From assembly GCF_963921235.1 (NCBI RefSeq), contig NC_086108.1:75270001-75334000 (forward strand): a DNA stretch of 64,000 nucleotides, read 5' to 3'. Positions 1-12,420 of the stretch are shown here, one piece after another. Position 1 is the first letter of the stretch. Each line of letters opens with the position of its first letter. The notes beneath the pieces were generated by a model. That model was not told the origin of the DNA. It was given only the letters and a program-made list of their open reading frames with translations, and did not search any database. This DNA comes from Mobula hypostoma (taxonomy: Eukaryota). The position numbers and the translations under genes were made by a program.

Positions 1-1757
1 ACCGTCTCCACTGTCCACCAATATTTGTAAAGTGTGCAAACTTACTAAATCAGCCAAGCTCCATTTTCATTTAGATCATTTGTATATATCATAGTAGCTC
101 AGGTCTCAGAACTGATCTCTGCAGAGAACCACCTCCAGTCAGAATAACATGCTTCCATCTCAGACTTTTCTCTTCTATAGCCAAGTCAATTTTAAATCCA
201 ATCTACGTCTACCAAGTCAAGAAGAAAATCTTCAAATGCTACCAAGCCTTGCAGTAAGGAACATATCTCAGTGACCACTTGCTTTGAAAACACTACCTCT
301 GAATGCTGCGTTGACAGGTAGAGGCAGGAACGTTGCTTCTAAAAGACCCTTGGCAGATAGGCCCTTCCGACCAGAGCCCATCTCCCGTTCTTCCAGGAAG
401 CCTTTTTATCTTGCTCCTTCCATTCTAATCATATGGAAGCCAAGAAGGATTACTTCCAAAATCCATTGTTTCAACATTAATATTGAAGATTTTACCTCAA
501 AATTATTCTCGATCTTCCTCAATCCATTGAAGCTGCAAAGTGCAGCCCACATGACCCCCAATAAACTATAACGTGTTAAGCCATCAGTAGAGCATCAAGT
601 TATCAAGCATCATTTAATAAGCACAGATACTGTCCAGACATGATTTCCCATACAAAGCTCACATTCACTGTTCATTAACAAAGCACTGTCCCATTTGACA
701 GGAAATATATCAAAATGAGTTTTGTGTGAGGATTAATGTCACTGCTGCATAGCCTCTGTCGTAACATCATGGCTCGTCTGTTAATTAAGGAGTCTATGAT
801 GCAAATAACAGCAGTTGGTACATCAATATAACAGCTGTAATGAAAATAACAAACAAATGGGAAACTGTGATCCATAAGCTCATGCAACATGTGAGCTAAT
901 GTCTATTTCTTAGTCACCATATCAAATGTAACAGGTGAGAAGATCATAGTTGAGAGCTTAACATCCAATGTCATACCTTGTATCAAAAGGAGAAGCAGGT
1001 AGGCAGAGAATATGCTGTAGCTTTTATAGTAAAAAAAGAAATCAAGTCCTCAGATCGAGGTGACGTAGGATGATAAGCTGTATTATCCTTGTAAATGGAG
1101 TTCAGAAACTGAAAGGTTAAAAAGACCCCGATGGGAGTTATATATGTACAGGCTTCCAAACGGTAGCCAGGATGTGGGGTACGAATGACAACAGGAGATA
1201 GAAAAGGCATGTAAAAGTGCAATGTTGCAATAGTCATGGGAATTTCAATATGTAGGTAGATTGGGAAAATGAGGTTGCTGCCGGATCCCAAGAGATGGAA
1301 TTTGTAGGATGCCTACAAATTTTTAGAGCAGCTTGTGGTTGAGCCCACTAGAGAATAGACAACTCTAGATTGGGGGTTGTGTAATGGCACTGCTTTAAGT
1401 AGGGAACTTAAGGTGAAGGAACCCTTGGAGGCAGTGATCATGATAGAATTTATTCCGTAGTTTGAGAGAGAGAAGCTGAAGTCAGATGTATCAGTATTAC
1501 AGTGGAGTGAGGGGAATTACAAAGGAATGAGAGAGGAGTGTTCCAAAGTGGATTGCAAGGGGATACTAGCAGGGATGAAAGCAGAACAGCAATAGCGGGA
1601 GTGATTCAGAAGATGCAGGATAGATACATACCAAAAAAGAAGCAATCTTCTAAAGGGAGGATGAGGTAACCATAGCTGACAAAGGAAGTAAAAGACAGCA
1701 TAAAATCAAAAAGAAGTCATACAATATTGCAAAAATTAGTGAGAACTGAGAGTTTAG

Positions 1758-2695
1758 GCTTCATAACTTCTGCCATCTCCAATGGGATTACACCACCAAA
1801 CACATCTTTCTCTCCCATCCCACTTTCCACTTTCTGTAGGGATCCCTTGTCCACTCGCCTCTCTCCACTGATCTCCCTCCTGGCACTTACTCTTGTAAGT
1901 GGAACAAGTGCCACACCTGCCCTTACACCTCCTTCCTCACTACCATTCAGGGCCCCAAATAGTCCTTCCAGGTGAGGTGACAGTTCTCCCGTGAGTCTGT
2001 TGGGGTCATCTACTGTATCCAGTGCTCCAGTGTGGCCTCCTGTATATCGGTGAGACCTGATATAGACTGGAAGACCGCTTCACTGTGCACCCACACTCCA
2101 TTCCCCTGAAAAAGCGAGATCTCCCGGTGTCCAGCCATTTCAAATCTACTTCCCATTCCCATTCCGACATGTCAGTCCATGGTCTCCTCTACTGCTGCAA
2201 TGAGGCCACACTCAGGGTGGAGGAGTAACACCTTATGTTCCGTCTGGGTAGTCTACAACCTGATGGCATGAACATCAATTTCTCAAACTTCCATTAACTG
2301 TCGACCCCCCTCCCCCCTTCACCATTCCCCATTCCCATTTCCCTCTCTCATCTTATCTCCTTACTTGCCCATCATCTCCCTCTGGTGCTCCTCCTCCTTC
2401 CCTTTATTCCACGGTTTTCTACCCTCTCTTATCAGATTCCCCTGCTGCAGCTCTTCTTCTCTTTCACAAATCAACTTTCTAGCTCTTTAGTTCACCCCTT
2501 CCCCCTCTCCCAGTTTCACCTACCATCTACTACCTTGTACTTCTTCCTCCCCTTCCCCCTACCTTCTTACTCTGACCTCCCATTTTTTATTCCAGTCCTG
2601 ATGAAGAGCCTCGGCCCAAATCATCGACTGCTTATTCTTTTCCATAGATGCTGCCTGGCCTGCTGAGTTCCTCCAGCATTTTTTGTGTGTTGCTT
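1758..2695 (+). mobile_element. Penelope-like element 3' fragment (GIY-YIG region plus pseudo-LTR) nested in CR1
   Basis: gtcatctactgtatccagtgctcc...ctgtatatcggtgagacc (VIYCIQCS..LYIGET); ggtagtctacaacctgatggcatgaac (GSLQPDGMN); pyrimidine tract; pLTR ending gctgagttcctccagcatt. Confidence 0.9.
2593..2630 (+). ncRNA. Decayed minimal hammerhead ribozyme motif in PLE pLTR
   Basis: cagtc-ctgatga-agagcctcggcc-caaat-catc-gactg; stem I cagtc/gactg intact, GAAA box mutated. Confidence 0.6.
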
Positions 2696-3934
2696 GGGAA
2701 GTTAGACGATTTGAAGCTTTTCAAAACCAATGGAAGGAAACTACAAAAGCCGTAAGGAGAGAAAGGATAAAATATGAAGGTCAGCTAACCAATAATATCA
2801 AAGAGGATACAAAAAGTTTTATCAGATATATGAATAGTGAAAGAGAGGCGAGAGTGGATATTGAAACACTGGAAAATGATACTGGAGAGGTGGTAATAGG
2901 GGACTGGAAGATTACAAATATCTCTCCACTCTTTAAGAAGGGAGAGAGACAGGAGAAAGGAAAATTATAGGCCTGTTAACTTGAGTTCAGTGGCTGAGAA
3001 AATGTTGGAATGCATTATTAAGGGTGAGGTTGGGACCACTTTGTTTCACATTATATGTCAACGATTTGGATGATGGAATTGAAGGCTTTGTGACCAAGCT
3101 TGCAGCCAATACAAAGACAGGTGGAGTGGCAGGTAGTGTTGAGGAAGCATGGAGTCTGCAGAAAGGCATAGACTGATTGGGAGAATTGGCAGATGGAACG
3201 TAGTGTAATGAAGTATAAGATCAAGCAATTTGGTAGAAGGAATAAAGACATAGAATATTTTTATAAATGGGGAGAAAATTCAAAACTCAGAGTTGCAAAA
3301 GGACTTGGAAGTCATTGTGCAGGATCTCCCTAAAGATTAACTTGCAGGTTGAGTTGGAAGTGAGGAAGGCAAATGCAATGTTAGCATTCATTTTGATAGG
3401 ACTAGAACATACTACAAAGGATGTGATGCTGAGGCTTTATAAGCCAATAGTCAGATTGCATTTGGAATTTTGTGAGCAATTTTGGGCCTCTTATCTCAGA
3501 AAAAATACTAGCATTGGAAAGGGCCCAGAGGAGGTTCATGAGAATGATCCTAGGAATGAAAGCGTTAATATATGAGAAGTGTTTGATAGTTCTGTGACTG
3601 TACTTGCTGGAGTTTAAAAGAATGAGCGGAAATCTCATTGATACCTATCAAATGTTGAAAGGCTTCAATAGAGTGCATGTGGAGATGTTTTCTATAGTGG
3701 GTGAGTCAAGGACCAGAGAGTACAGCCTCAGAATAGAGAGATGTCCATTTAGAACAGAGATGAGAAGACAGGAGAATAGGATTGAGAGGGACAATAAATC
3801 AGCCATGATGGAATGGCAGAGCAGGCTCGATGGGCCAAGTGGCCTAATTCTGCTCCTATGTCTTATGGTCTTTACACAAGGACCTTCAGACAAACCGCTC
3901 AGCATTGAAAAGTATTATCATATGTACTGTAAAT

Positions 3935-4040
3935 CATAAAAAAGCGAGATTCTGCAGATGTTGGAAATCCAAAGTAACACAGACAAAATGGAAAGGAATA
4001 AAGAGTCTATGTTTTGAACAGAGACCCTTCGTCAAGACTG
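3935..4040 (-). repeat. Solo PLE pseudo-LTR fragment (decayed hammerhead motif)
   Basis: ctgcagatgttggaaatc...gagacccttcgtcaagactg; imperfect flanking duplication gtac(t/a)gtaaat. Confidence 0.7.
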
Positions 4041-4121
4041 TACAGTAAATATGTACAGTGCTGGTTATCTGCTATCCAGCTTCTTGGAATCCTGATTATT
4101 TGTTACCTGGCTCATCATAAA

Positions 4122-7100
4122 ATCATAAGACAATAATACATAGGAGCAGAATTAGGCCACTCAGCCCATCAAGTCTGCTCCACCATTTCATCATGGCTGA
4201 ATTATTATCCCTCTCAACACTATTCTCCCACCTTCTCTACATAATCTTTAATGCCCTCACTATTCTAGAGCCTATTGACACCCATTTTATATATACTCAT
4301 ACTTGGTCTCCACAGCCACCTTTGCCAATGAGTTCACAGATTCAACACCCTCTGGCTGAAGAAATTCCTCCTCATCTCTATTCTAAATGGATATCCCTCT
4401 ATTCTAAGGCTGAGCTCCCTTGTCATTGATTCTCTCACTATAGAAAATATCCTCTCCACATCTATTCTATCTAGATCTTTCAATATTCGATAGGTTTCAA
4501 GGAGATCCTACCTCATTCTTCTAAATTCGAGTGCAGCCCCAGAGCCATCAAAAGCGCCTCTTATATTAACCCAATCATTCCCAGAATCATTCTTGTGAAT
4601 CTCCTCTAGACCCCCTCCAATGCTAGCACATCTTTTTTTTAATATAAGGATTCCAAAACTGCTCACAATACTCCAAGTGCAGTCCGACCAATGCCTTATA
4701 AACACCTCAGCATTACATTCTTGCTCTTATATTCCAGTCTTCTCAAAACGAATGTGTTTGCCTTCCTTACCGTCGACTTAACCTGCAAGTTAACCTGGAA
4801 GGAATCCTGCACAAGGACTCCCAAGTCCCTTTGCACCTCTGAATTTTGAATATTCTCCCCATTTAGAAAATAATCTATGGATTTATTCCTTCTACCAAAG
4901 TGGATAACCATGCACATCCCGACTCTAAATTCCATCTGTTACTTCTTTGCCCATTCTCCTAATATCTCCTTCTGCAGACTCCCTGATATCTTACCATTCT
5001 TTGCCTCCTAGCTTCTATCTTTCCTGTAATGCCATGGGCTCCTATCTTGTTAAGAAGTCTCATGTGTGGCAGCTTGTCAAGGGTCTTCTGAAAATCAGAA
5101 TAAATAACATCCACTGACCCCCCCTTGTTGATCCTGCCTATTAGTTCCTCAAAGAATTCCAAAAATTTGGCAAGATTTCTCCCAAAAGAAACCATGCTGA
5201 CTTTGGCCTAATTTATCATGAGCCTCCATGTACCTCAAAAGGTCATCCCTAATAATGGACTCCAGCATTTTCCCAGCCACTGAAGTTTGGCTAATTGGCC
5301 TATAATTTCCTTTCTTCTGCCTCCCTCCCTTCTTAAAGAATGGAGTGATATTTGCAAATTTCCAGTCCTCCAGAACCATTCCTGAATCTAGTGATTCTTG
5401 AAAGATCACTACTAATGCCTCCACAATCTCTTTAGCTACCTCCTTATAGTCAGATCACTCATCTGAGTGCTACTGGTACCATGTAACCCAGTACTACCTG
5501 TTGCATGGTCGGGTGGTCGGCTTGCCTGGTGAGGAGGGTGGCTAGACACCCTGCAGGATGAAAAACAAGACCTGTCAAAGGGCAGATGAACCCTCTCGTA
5601 ATGTTTACAGCCATCTAGCAAACACGTGCCGTGAAGCGCGGAAAGGGCATCCCTTGCATCGAAGCTTGGTCTGGCCATTCACTGCAACAGAACTTCCCCC
5701 AGCCATCTTGGACCCCACCATGCCACTGGATCCGGGAGGGGATGTCAAGAGGGTGGGTCTGGACCTGTGCAACCCCCTACTCACCTAAATCCATTCACGC
5801 ACACGCTGTTCCTTTCTGAGAAGTGGGGTACCCTAAACCCCAGTAACCGACTGAAAGGAACCATCATCATCCTATGGGATGGATAGCCAGAGAGAGCTAC
5901 CTCTTTCAGAACTCTGGGGTGTAGTGCATCTGGTCCAGGTGACTTACCTACCTTCAGAACATTCAGCTTCCCAAGCACCTTCTTCTTAGTCATAGCAACT
6001 ACATTCAATTCAGCCCTGAGATACGCTTGAATTTCTGACATACTGCTAGTGTCTTCCGCAGTGAAGACTGACATAAGATACCAATTAAGTTTCACCACCG
6101 TTTCTTTGTCACCCATTACTACCTCTCCAGCATCATTTTCCATCATTTCAATATCCACTCTTGCCTCGCTTTTACTCTTTATGTATCTGAATGAAAACTT
6201 TGGTATCTTCTTTGATATTTTAGCTAGGTTACCTTCATATTTCATTTTTTCTTTCCTCAAGATATTTTTTAGTTGCCTTCTGTTGGTTTTGAAAACCTTC
6301 CCAATCCTGTAAATTCCAACTAATTTTTGCTATCTTGTATGTGTTCTCTTTTGCTTTTATGTTGCCTTTTACCGTCCTTGTCTGCTATGGTTGCCTCATC
6401 CTCCCTTTACAATATTTCTTCCTCTTTGGTATGAATCTATCTTACGCCTTCTGAATTGTCCCCAGAAACTCCAAAGATTGCTGTTCTGCTGTCATTCCTG
6501 CTGGTTTCCAATCAACTCTGGCCAGCTCTTCTCTCCTGCCTCTGTAATTCCCTTTACTCCACCGTAATGCTGATACATCTGATTTTAGCTTCTCCCTCTC
6601 AAGCTGCAAGGTGAATTCTAACATATTATGATCACTGTCTCCCAAGTGTTCCTTTATCTTAAGCTCCCTCATCAAATCTGGTTTATGACAGAAGACCTAC
6701 TAGGGGTTTGCCTTTACCTTAATGGACTCAATCACAAGCTGCTCTAAAAGCCATATTGTAGGCATTCTACAACTTCCCTCCCTTGGGATCCAGCACCAAC
6801 CTGATTTTCCCAATCTACCTGCATATCGAAATCCTCATGACTATTGTAACATTGCCCTTATTAAATGCCTTTTCTATTTCACATTGTCATTTGTACCCCA
6901 TATAAAGGCTACTTTTCAGGAATATGTATGTAACACCCATCAGGGTCTTTTTATGCTTGCAGTTTCTTAATTCTTTTTACAAGGATTCTACATCTTCTGA
7001 TCCTGTATCACCCCTTCTGAAGGATTTGATTCATTGTTTTTTACCAACAGAACCACTACATATTCTCTGCCTACCTGTCCTTTTGATACAATGTGTATCC

Positions 7101-8420
7101 TTGGATGTTAAGCTTTCAGCTATGATCTTCTTTTAGCCATGACACAGTGATGCCTTCAACGTTATATTTCTAACCGCACTGCATAATCGTCTGCCTTACT
7201 CTGTATACTGTATTCATTCAAATACTGTATAACATCTTCAGTTTGTATTAATCACCCTTTTGATTTTGCCCCCATTTTACACTTCAACCTATCGCACTGC
7301 AATTTTGCCCTATCATTTGTCTTCCTTCCTCGCTGTCTCATGACACACTGCATCTGCTTGTATACCAACTGCCCCATTGTCAGCTCTATCACTATGGTTC
7401 CCATCCCCTGTCAAATTAATTTAAACCCTCCCCAGCAGCTGTACCAAACCTGCCTACAAGGATACTGGTTCCCTTAAGCACAAGTGTAACCCATCTCTTT
7501 TGTACGGGACATACCAGAAGAGGTCCCAATGATCCAGAAATCTGAAACAATGCTCTCTGCACTAATTCATTCATCTGCCATTCTGTCCTTATCCTCATAG
7601 TGCATGGCGCAAGCAGCAATCCAGAGGTTACTACCCTTGAGGTCCAGCTTTTAAGCTTTCTACCTAACTCCCTATATTTACTCCTTAGGACCTATTCCTT
7701 TTCCTACCTATGTCATTGGTACCAATATGTAAGTAGGTCTTCTGGCTGCTCGCCCTCCCAATTTGGAATGCTGTGGACCCGATACAAGATAGCACTGACC
7801 CTGGCACCTGGGACATAACATACCAACTGGGTGTCTCTTTCACATCCACAGAATCTCCTGTCTGCTCCTCTATAGAATCCCCTATTACTACTGCACTCCT
7901 CTTCTTTCCCCGTTCCCTTCTGTGCAACAGTGTCAGACTCAGTGCCAGATATGCAGTCGCTGCGATTTCTCCCTGGTGGGTCAACCCCATCCTGCAGTGG
8001 TATACTTATTACTGAGGGTATGGCCACAGGACTGGCTGCCTATTCCCTTTGCCTCTCCTGACAGTCACCCAGGCACCTGATTCCTGCAACTTAGGAGTGA
8101 CTACCTCCCTGTGGTTCCTGTCTTATCAAATCCTCAGTCCCAGATAAGCCAAAGGTCATCCAGCTTCAGCTCCAGTTCCTTAATAAAGTCTCTAAGGAAC
8201 TGCAGCTTGGCGCACTTCATGTAGATGTGGTTATCAGGGAGAGTGGAGGCCTCCCAGACTTCACACATCGCACGCAAAGAACATACCACTAACCCTCGAT
8301 CCATTCTCCATGCACTAACTATGTACTAATAGAATAAGAAAGAGAAAAAGAAACTTACTGGAAACGTGCCTGTTCTTGCCTAAGCCTGTTGGGCCAAAGC
8401 CTGACCTCTCTAACCCTAGC
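4122..8420 (-). mobile_element. Near full-length degenerate CR1 LINE (ORF1 with SGNH/esterase-like motif, ORF2 EN+RT)
   Basis: ORF1: AVVIGDS..RGADRRFCGCERDTQLVCYVPGARV..HIGTND; ORF2: HLGDSDHNMLEF, KSPGPDALHPRVLKE, NYRPISQTS, VDVIYSDFQKTLDKLPH; 3' tail near 4122-4150. Confidence 0.92.
5443..5894 (+). mobile_element. ~450 bp non-coding insertion, probably a non-autonomous RTE-derived retroposon
   Basis: Flanked by duplication agctacctc (5434-5442, 5895-5903); interrupts CR1 ORF2; 3' end ccatcatcatcctatgggatggatagccagagag resembles RTE 3' termini. Confidence 0.6.
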
Positions 8421-8483
8421 CTACTCCAGCAATGGCTGCACCATTTAAACCTCACTCCTTTTTATTGACTCAAGAAAAATTCA

Positions 8484-8720
8484 CTCCCAATGAGATTTGT
8501 TGCTTTTAAATGGCTGCCACTCTGGTCAGATCCCGCTCTCTCAGTCATTGCTTTGAATTATGACTTGCTCCCAATGAGACTTGTTTTAAGGGGCTGCCGC
8601 TCTGCTTAGATCACACTCTCTCACTCGCTGCTTCAAAGTATGATACACTCCAACGAGGCTTGTATTTAATTGGCTGCCTCTCTGCTCAGATCTTGCTATC
8701 TCACTCATTGCTTCGAAGCT
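8484..8720. repeat. Three diverged ~80 bp tandem units next to the CR1 5' end
   Basis: Units start ctcc(c)aa(t/c)gag at ~8484, 8568, 8648, each with ggctgcc.ctctg.tcagatc...ctcactc..tgctt. Confidence 0.75.
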
Positions 8721-9221
8721 GATTTGAATGATCAAATGTTGATACTCATATTCCCCTTAACATACCAGGGTACTGGTTGCCATGCTCCCTTTAAATTAAT
8801 TTCCCATTCCCTTTAATCTAATCAGAATGCCAGTTCCCATAGTCCCTTTAAACTTATCAGGGCCCCAGTTGCTGTGCTGTCTTTAAATTAATTGGGGTCC
8901 TATTTCCGATACTCCCTTCAATTTTATCTGGTTATGTTTCCTGCACATTGCTTACACATACCAGGTTCACCAGAAAATTTATTATTTCATCCTGTATTAT
9001 CTTATAAAAGTGAGTTAAAAGTACATTGGAATATTAATACGAATAGCATCCAGTAGTCCACAAAATTTGCTAAGACCATAGGATATAATTAGGCCATTCA
9101 GACCATCAAATCTGCTCTGCTATTCAATCATGGTTAAACTTTTTCAACCCCATTCTCTGCCTTCTGTCTGTACCTCTTAATCCCCTTCCCAATCAAGATC
9201 CTATCAATCCCTGCCACATCG

Positions 9222-9887
9222 ACTTCCAGTAAAGATGGCGCCTCCATACAGTGCTCCTTCAGTCGACATCTTCTGGATAGATCATGAAACCATATACTTC
9301 ACTTCTTTTATGTCTTTTACGTTTGTTTTTCATCTTGAATGTCATTCTGGAACTGCTGGAACCTGTGATTTGCCGTTTGCAGATTGTTTGAGTGTTTCAG
9401 CATTCTGCATCTCCGAGAGGATTTCCAGGAGGCAGAGACAGCGTGAGTGGATGTTTGACTCCATTTCACCAATTAAAGTTTCCATTCTTCGCTGATAAAA
9501 AGGGAGATCGAAACGTTGAGTCAAGTGTGGAAGGTGAGCGCCGGCTGCCTGCTGGTAGGATTGCTCTGCTGCTGGAGAGGGGAGACTCTTTTGATCGCAG
9601 GTGAGATCACTCTGCTAAGGAGAGGGAAAGATCTGGAGAATGTTACCCAGGTTTTCTGCATCTTGAATATAGACTTGGACTATAGACTTTTTATTGGTCT
9701 TACAGTTTTTTAAAAATATTCTGTGTTTTTCACCCAAACTTTCTCATTTTTTTGTGTGCAGGGAAGCGGGGTTTGGGGATCGATGATCATGCTGCCATTC
9801 TTTTCTTTCTTGGTTTTGTGGCTCTCTGGAGAAGAATAATTTAGAGTGGTACACTTTGATAATAAAATGAACCTTTGAACCTTTGAA
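9222..9887 (+). mobile_element. Non-coding LINE-derived retroposon with 5' acttccagtaaagatggcg and Rex1-like 3' tail
   Basis: Ends gataataaaatgaacctttgaacctttgaa; no RT-like ORF. Confidence 0.6.
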
Positions 9888-9948
9888 TGACTTGGCCTCC
9901 CCAGCCCTCTGCGGCAACGAATTCCACAGATTCACCACCTTCTGGTTT

Positions 9949-10250
9949 GGGTGCCACAGTAGCATAGCGGTTAGTCCGATGCTATTACAGCTTAGGGCGT
10001 TTAAGTTCAGAGTTCAAACCCAGTGTCCTCTGTGAGGAGTCTGTACATCTTCTCCATGGAATGCGTGGGTCTTCTCTGGGTCCTCTGGTTTTCTCCCACA
10101 GTCCAAAGACATACTAGCAAGGTTCATTGGGCATTATAAATTATCCCATGATTAGATTAGGGTTAAACTGAGGTGTTGGTGGTTGCTGGGCAGTGTGGCT
10201 CAAAGGGCTGGAAGGATTAATTGTGTGGTATCTCAAAATAAATCAATAAA
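9949..10250 (+). mobile_element. V-SINE-type tRNA-derived SINE
   Basis: A-box-like gtagcatagcggttag, B-box-like gagttcaaacc, V-domain-like tgcgtgggt...ctcccacagtccaaagacat. Confidence 0.75.
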
Positions 10251-10402
10251 TCCTCCTTGATTTAGTTCTAAAGGGATGTACCTGTATTCTGAGACTGTGC
10301 CCTCAGATCCTGATCTCTCCTGTTAAAGGAAATAACATCTTCACATCCACTGCAACACCATCAATGTCCAATGAATGCCAGATAATGGAGCTTTACTGGT
10401 TT

Positions 10403-10884
10403 ATAGTCATAGTCATAGTCATACTTTATTGATCCCAGGGGAAATTGGTTTGCATTACAGTTGCACCATAAATAATAAATAGTAATAGAACAATAAATAG
10501 GTAAATAGTAATATGTAAATTATGCCAGTAAATTATGAAATAAGTCCAGGACCAGCCTATCGGCTCAGGGTGTCTGACCCTCCAAGGGAGGAGTTGTAAA
10601 GTTTGATGGCCACAGGCAGGAATGACTTCCTAAGACGCTCTGTGCTGCATCTCGGAGGAATGAGTCTCTGGCTGAATGTACTCCTGTGCCCACCCAGTAC
10701 ATTATGTAGTGGATGGGAGACATTGACCAAGATGGCATGCAACCTAGGCAGCATCCTCTTTCCAGACACCACAATGACAGAGTCCAGTTCCATCCCCACA
10801 ACATCACTGGCCTTACGAATGAGTTTCTTGATTCTGTTGGTGTCTGCTACCCTTAGCCTGCTGCCCCAGCACACAACAGCAAAC
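10403..10884 (-). mobile_element. Rex1/Babar-type LINE 3' fragment, relatively young
   Basis: ORF 10557-10874 CWGSRLRVADTNRIKKLIRKASDVVG...RLRKSFLPVAIKLYN; (gtcata)n tail; near-duplication atggag(c/g)tttactg on both sides. Confidence 0.85.
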
Positions 10885-10902
10885 GATGGAGGTTTACTGA
10901 AA

Positions 10903-11578
10903 GATTAGATTAGATTAGATTATGAGAACACTCAGTCCTCTTTTATTGTCATTTAGAAATGTATACATGCATTAAGAAATGATACAATGTTCCTCCAGAG
11001 TGATATCACAGAAAACAGGACAAACCAAAGACTAACACTGACAGAACCACATAATTATAACATATAGTTACAGCAGTGCAAAACAATACCATAATTTGAT
11101 AAGGAACAGACCATGGGCACGGTAAGAAAAAGTCTCAAGTCCCGATCGACTCCCGGGTCCCCAATAGCAGGTGGCAAAAGGGAGAAACTGCCTGCCATAA
11201 ATCTCCAGGCACCGACAACTGCCGATGCCTTGGAAGCAGCCGACCACAGCCGACACCGAGTCCGTCCATCCGAAAACTTCGAGCCTCCGACCAGCCCCTC
11301 TGATACAGACTCCCGAGCGCCTTCGACCTAGCCCCGGCTGCCGAACCAAGCAAAGCCGAGGATTCGGGGCATTCTGCTCCAGAGGTTCCGGTTACCACAC
11401 AGCAGCAGCGGCAGCGAAGGGGGGATTTCAAAAGTTTCTCTAGATGTTCCTCCATACTGTCACATCTGTCTCCATCAAATCAGAATTGTGTACGGTCCCC
11501 TACTTGACAAATTACAGATATCATTCACCGGAGAGGGCGCGTGCACTGCGTCGCGTCGCCATCTTCTCCTCCTCCTTC
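10903..11578 (-). mobile_element. CpG-rich non-coding retroposon with 5' ggaggagaagatggcg and (agatt)n tail
   Basis: Microsatellite tail at 10903-10922 with aataaaa signal on the minus strand; CpG retention suggests a young age. Confidence 0.6.
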
Positions 11579-11647
11579 AACAAGATGTTATCGAAGCAGT
11601 CTGCAATGCATCTCTTTCATATCATGAATCTACCAATGTTTTCTAAT

Positions 11648-11760
11648 TTAGACATAGACATAGAATAGTTCAGCACAGTACAGGCCCTTCAGCCCACAAT
11701 GTTGTGCCGACCCTCAAACCCTGCCTCCCATATAACCCAGCACCTTAAATTCTTCCATAT
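11648..11760 (-). mobile_element. CR1-type 3' end fragment
   Basis: (gacata)n tail plus cagcacagtacaggcccttcagcccacaatgttgtgccgacc. Confidence 0.7.
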
Positions 11761-11799
11761 ACTCCATATTTAGGTAGGCAAGAGCCTGAAATTGTCAAT

Positions 11800-12420
11800 C
11801 TGTCTGAATTATGGTTCGTTGATCAAAAATATTTGAGAATTGCTGTGAAAAAACAAATACAGTCACACAAATCACTAGAATTGAAGGCACAGGCACAGGG
11901 AGGACTTGAAAAGACTAATGTTGCCCATTATCTCAGGGAAGCTGGAACATAAACGTATGGAAGGTATACTTCACTTGCACAGGGTCTTGGCAGATAGTAT
12001 TTGAACCAATGCATTGTTTTTTTTTGAGGACAGGAAAGACATGCTACATTTGGAGGTGTTACAGTACACATTCAGTTGAATTTCACCAGGGTAAACTGAA
12101 TAAACACAGACTGAGTTCCTTTGAATTTATGGATTGAGAAGATTGGGCTATCCAGGATAATAAATGGATTTCATAAGGCAGATACAGAAAAGCTATTTCC
12201 TCTGAATTCAGAATTTAGAACAAGAGGGTGCAGTTACCAATTTATTGACATCTATTCAGGAGCAGGTGATGTGTCAACAGAACCTTTGAAGGTCAAGGTC
12301 AACATTATAATTAAGCGTACTAAGTAATACAGAAAATGGCAGGAAATTGGAGCTGCAGTGCAAACACATCATGATCTGCTCGAGGGACCATATAAGCTAC
12401 ATCTGTTCAAATGTGCAAGT
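11800..12420 (+). mobile_element. Highly degenerate CR1 3' ORF2 relic
   Basis: KADTEKLFPLNSEFRTRGCSY resembles the CR1 C-terminus. Confidence 0.55.

Larger units (their letters stand above)
960..3872 (+). mobile_element. Degenerate CR1-clade LINE (ORF2 endonuclease-RT to 3' tail), interrupted by a Penelope-like element
   Basis: Broken ORFs with CR1 motifs (TNNIKEDTKSFIRY, ITNISPLFKKGERQEKG, RLYKPIVRLHLEFCEQFW); 3' tail ctcctatgtcttatggtctt. Confidence 0.9.
9075..10352 (-). mobile_element. CR1 3' fragment split by two younger insertions
   Basis: 3' tail at 9075-9220; resumes 9886-9945 (VVNLWNSLPQRA) and 10250-10352. Confidence 0.8.

Noticed and set aside
5515..5560. HDV-like ribozyme (cctcctcac on the minus strand)
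   Set aside because: No P3/P1 pairing could be built, and it is antisense to the inferred element orientation
11068..11668. CpG-island promoter or ORFs of a host gene
   Set aside because: Bounded by a microsatellite tail like a retroposon; ORFs on both strands reflect GC content
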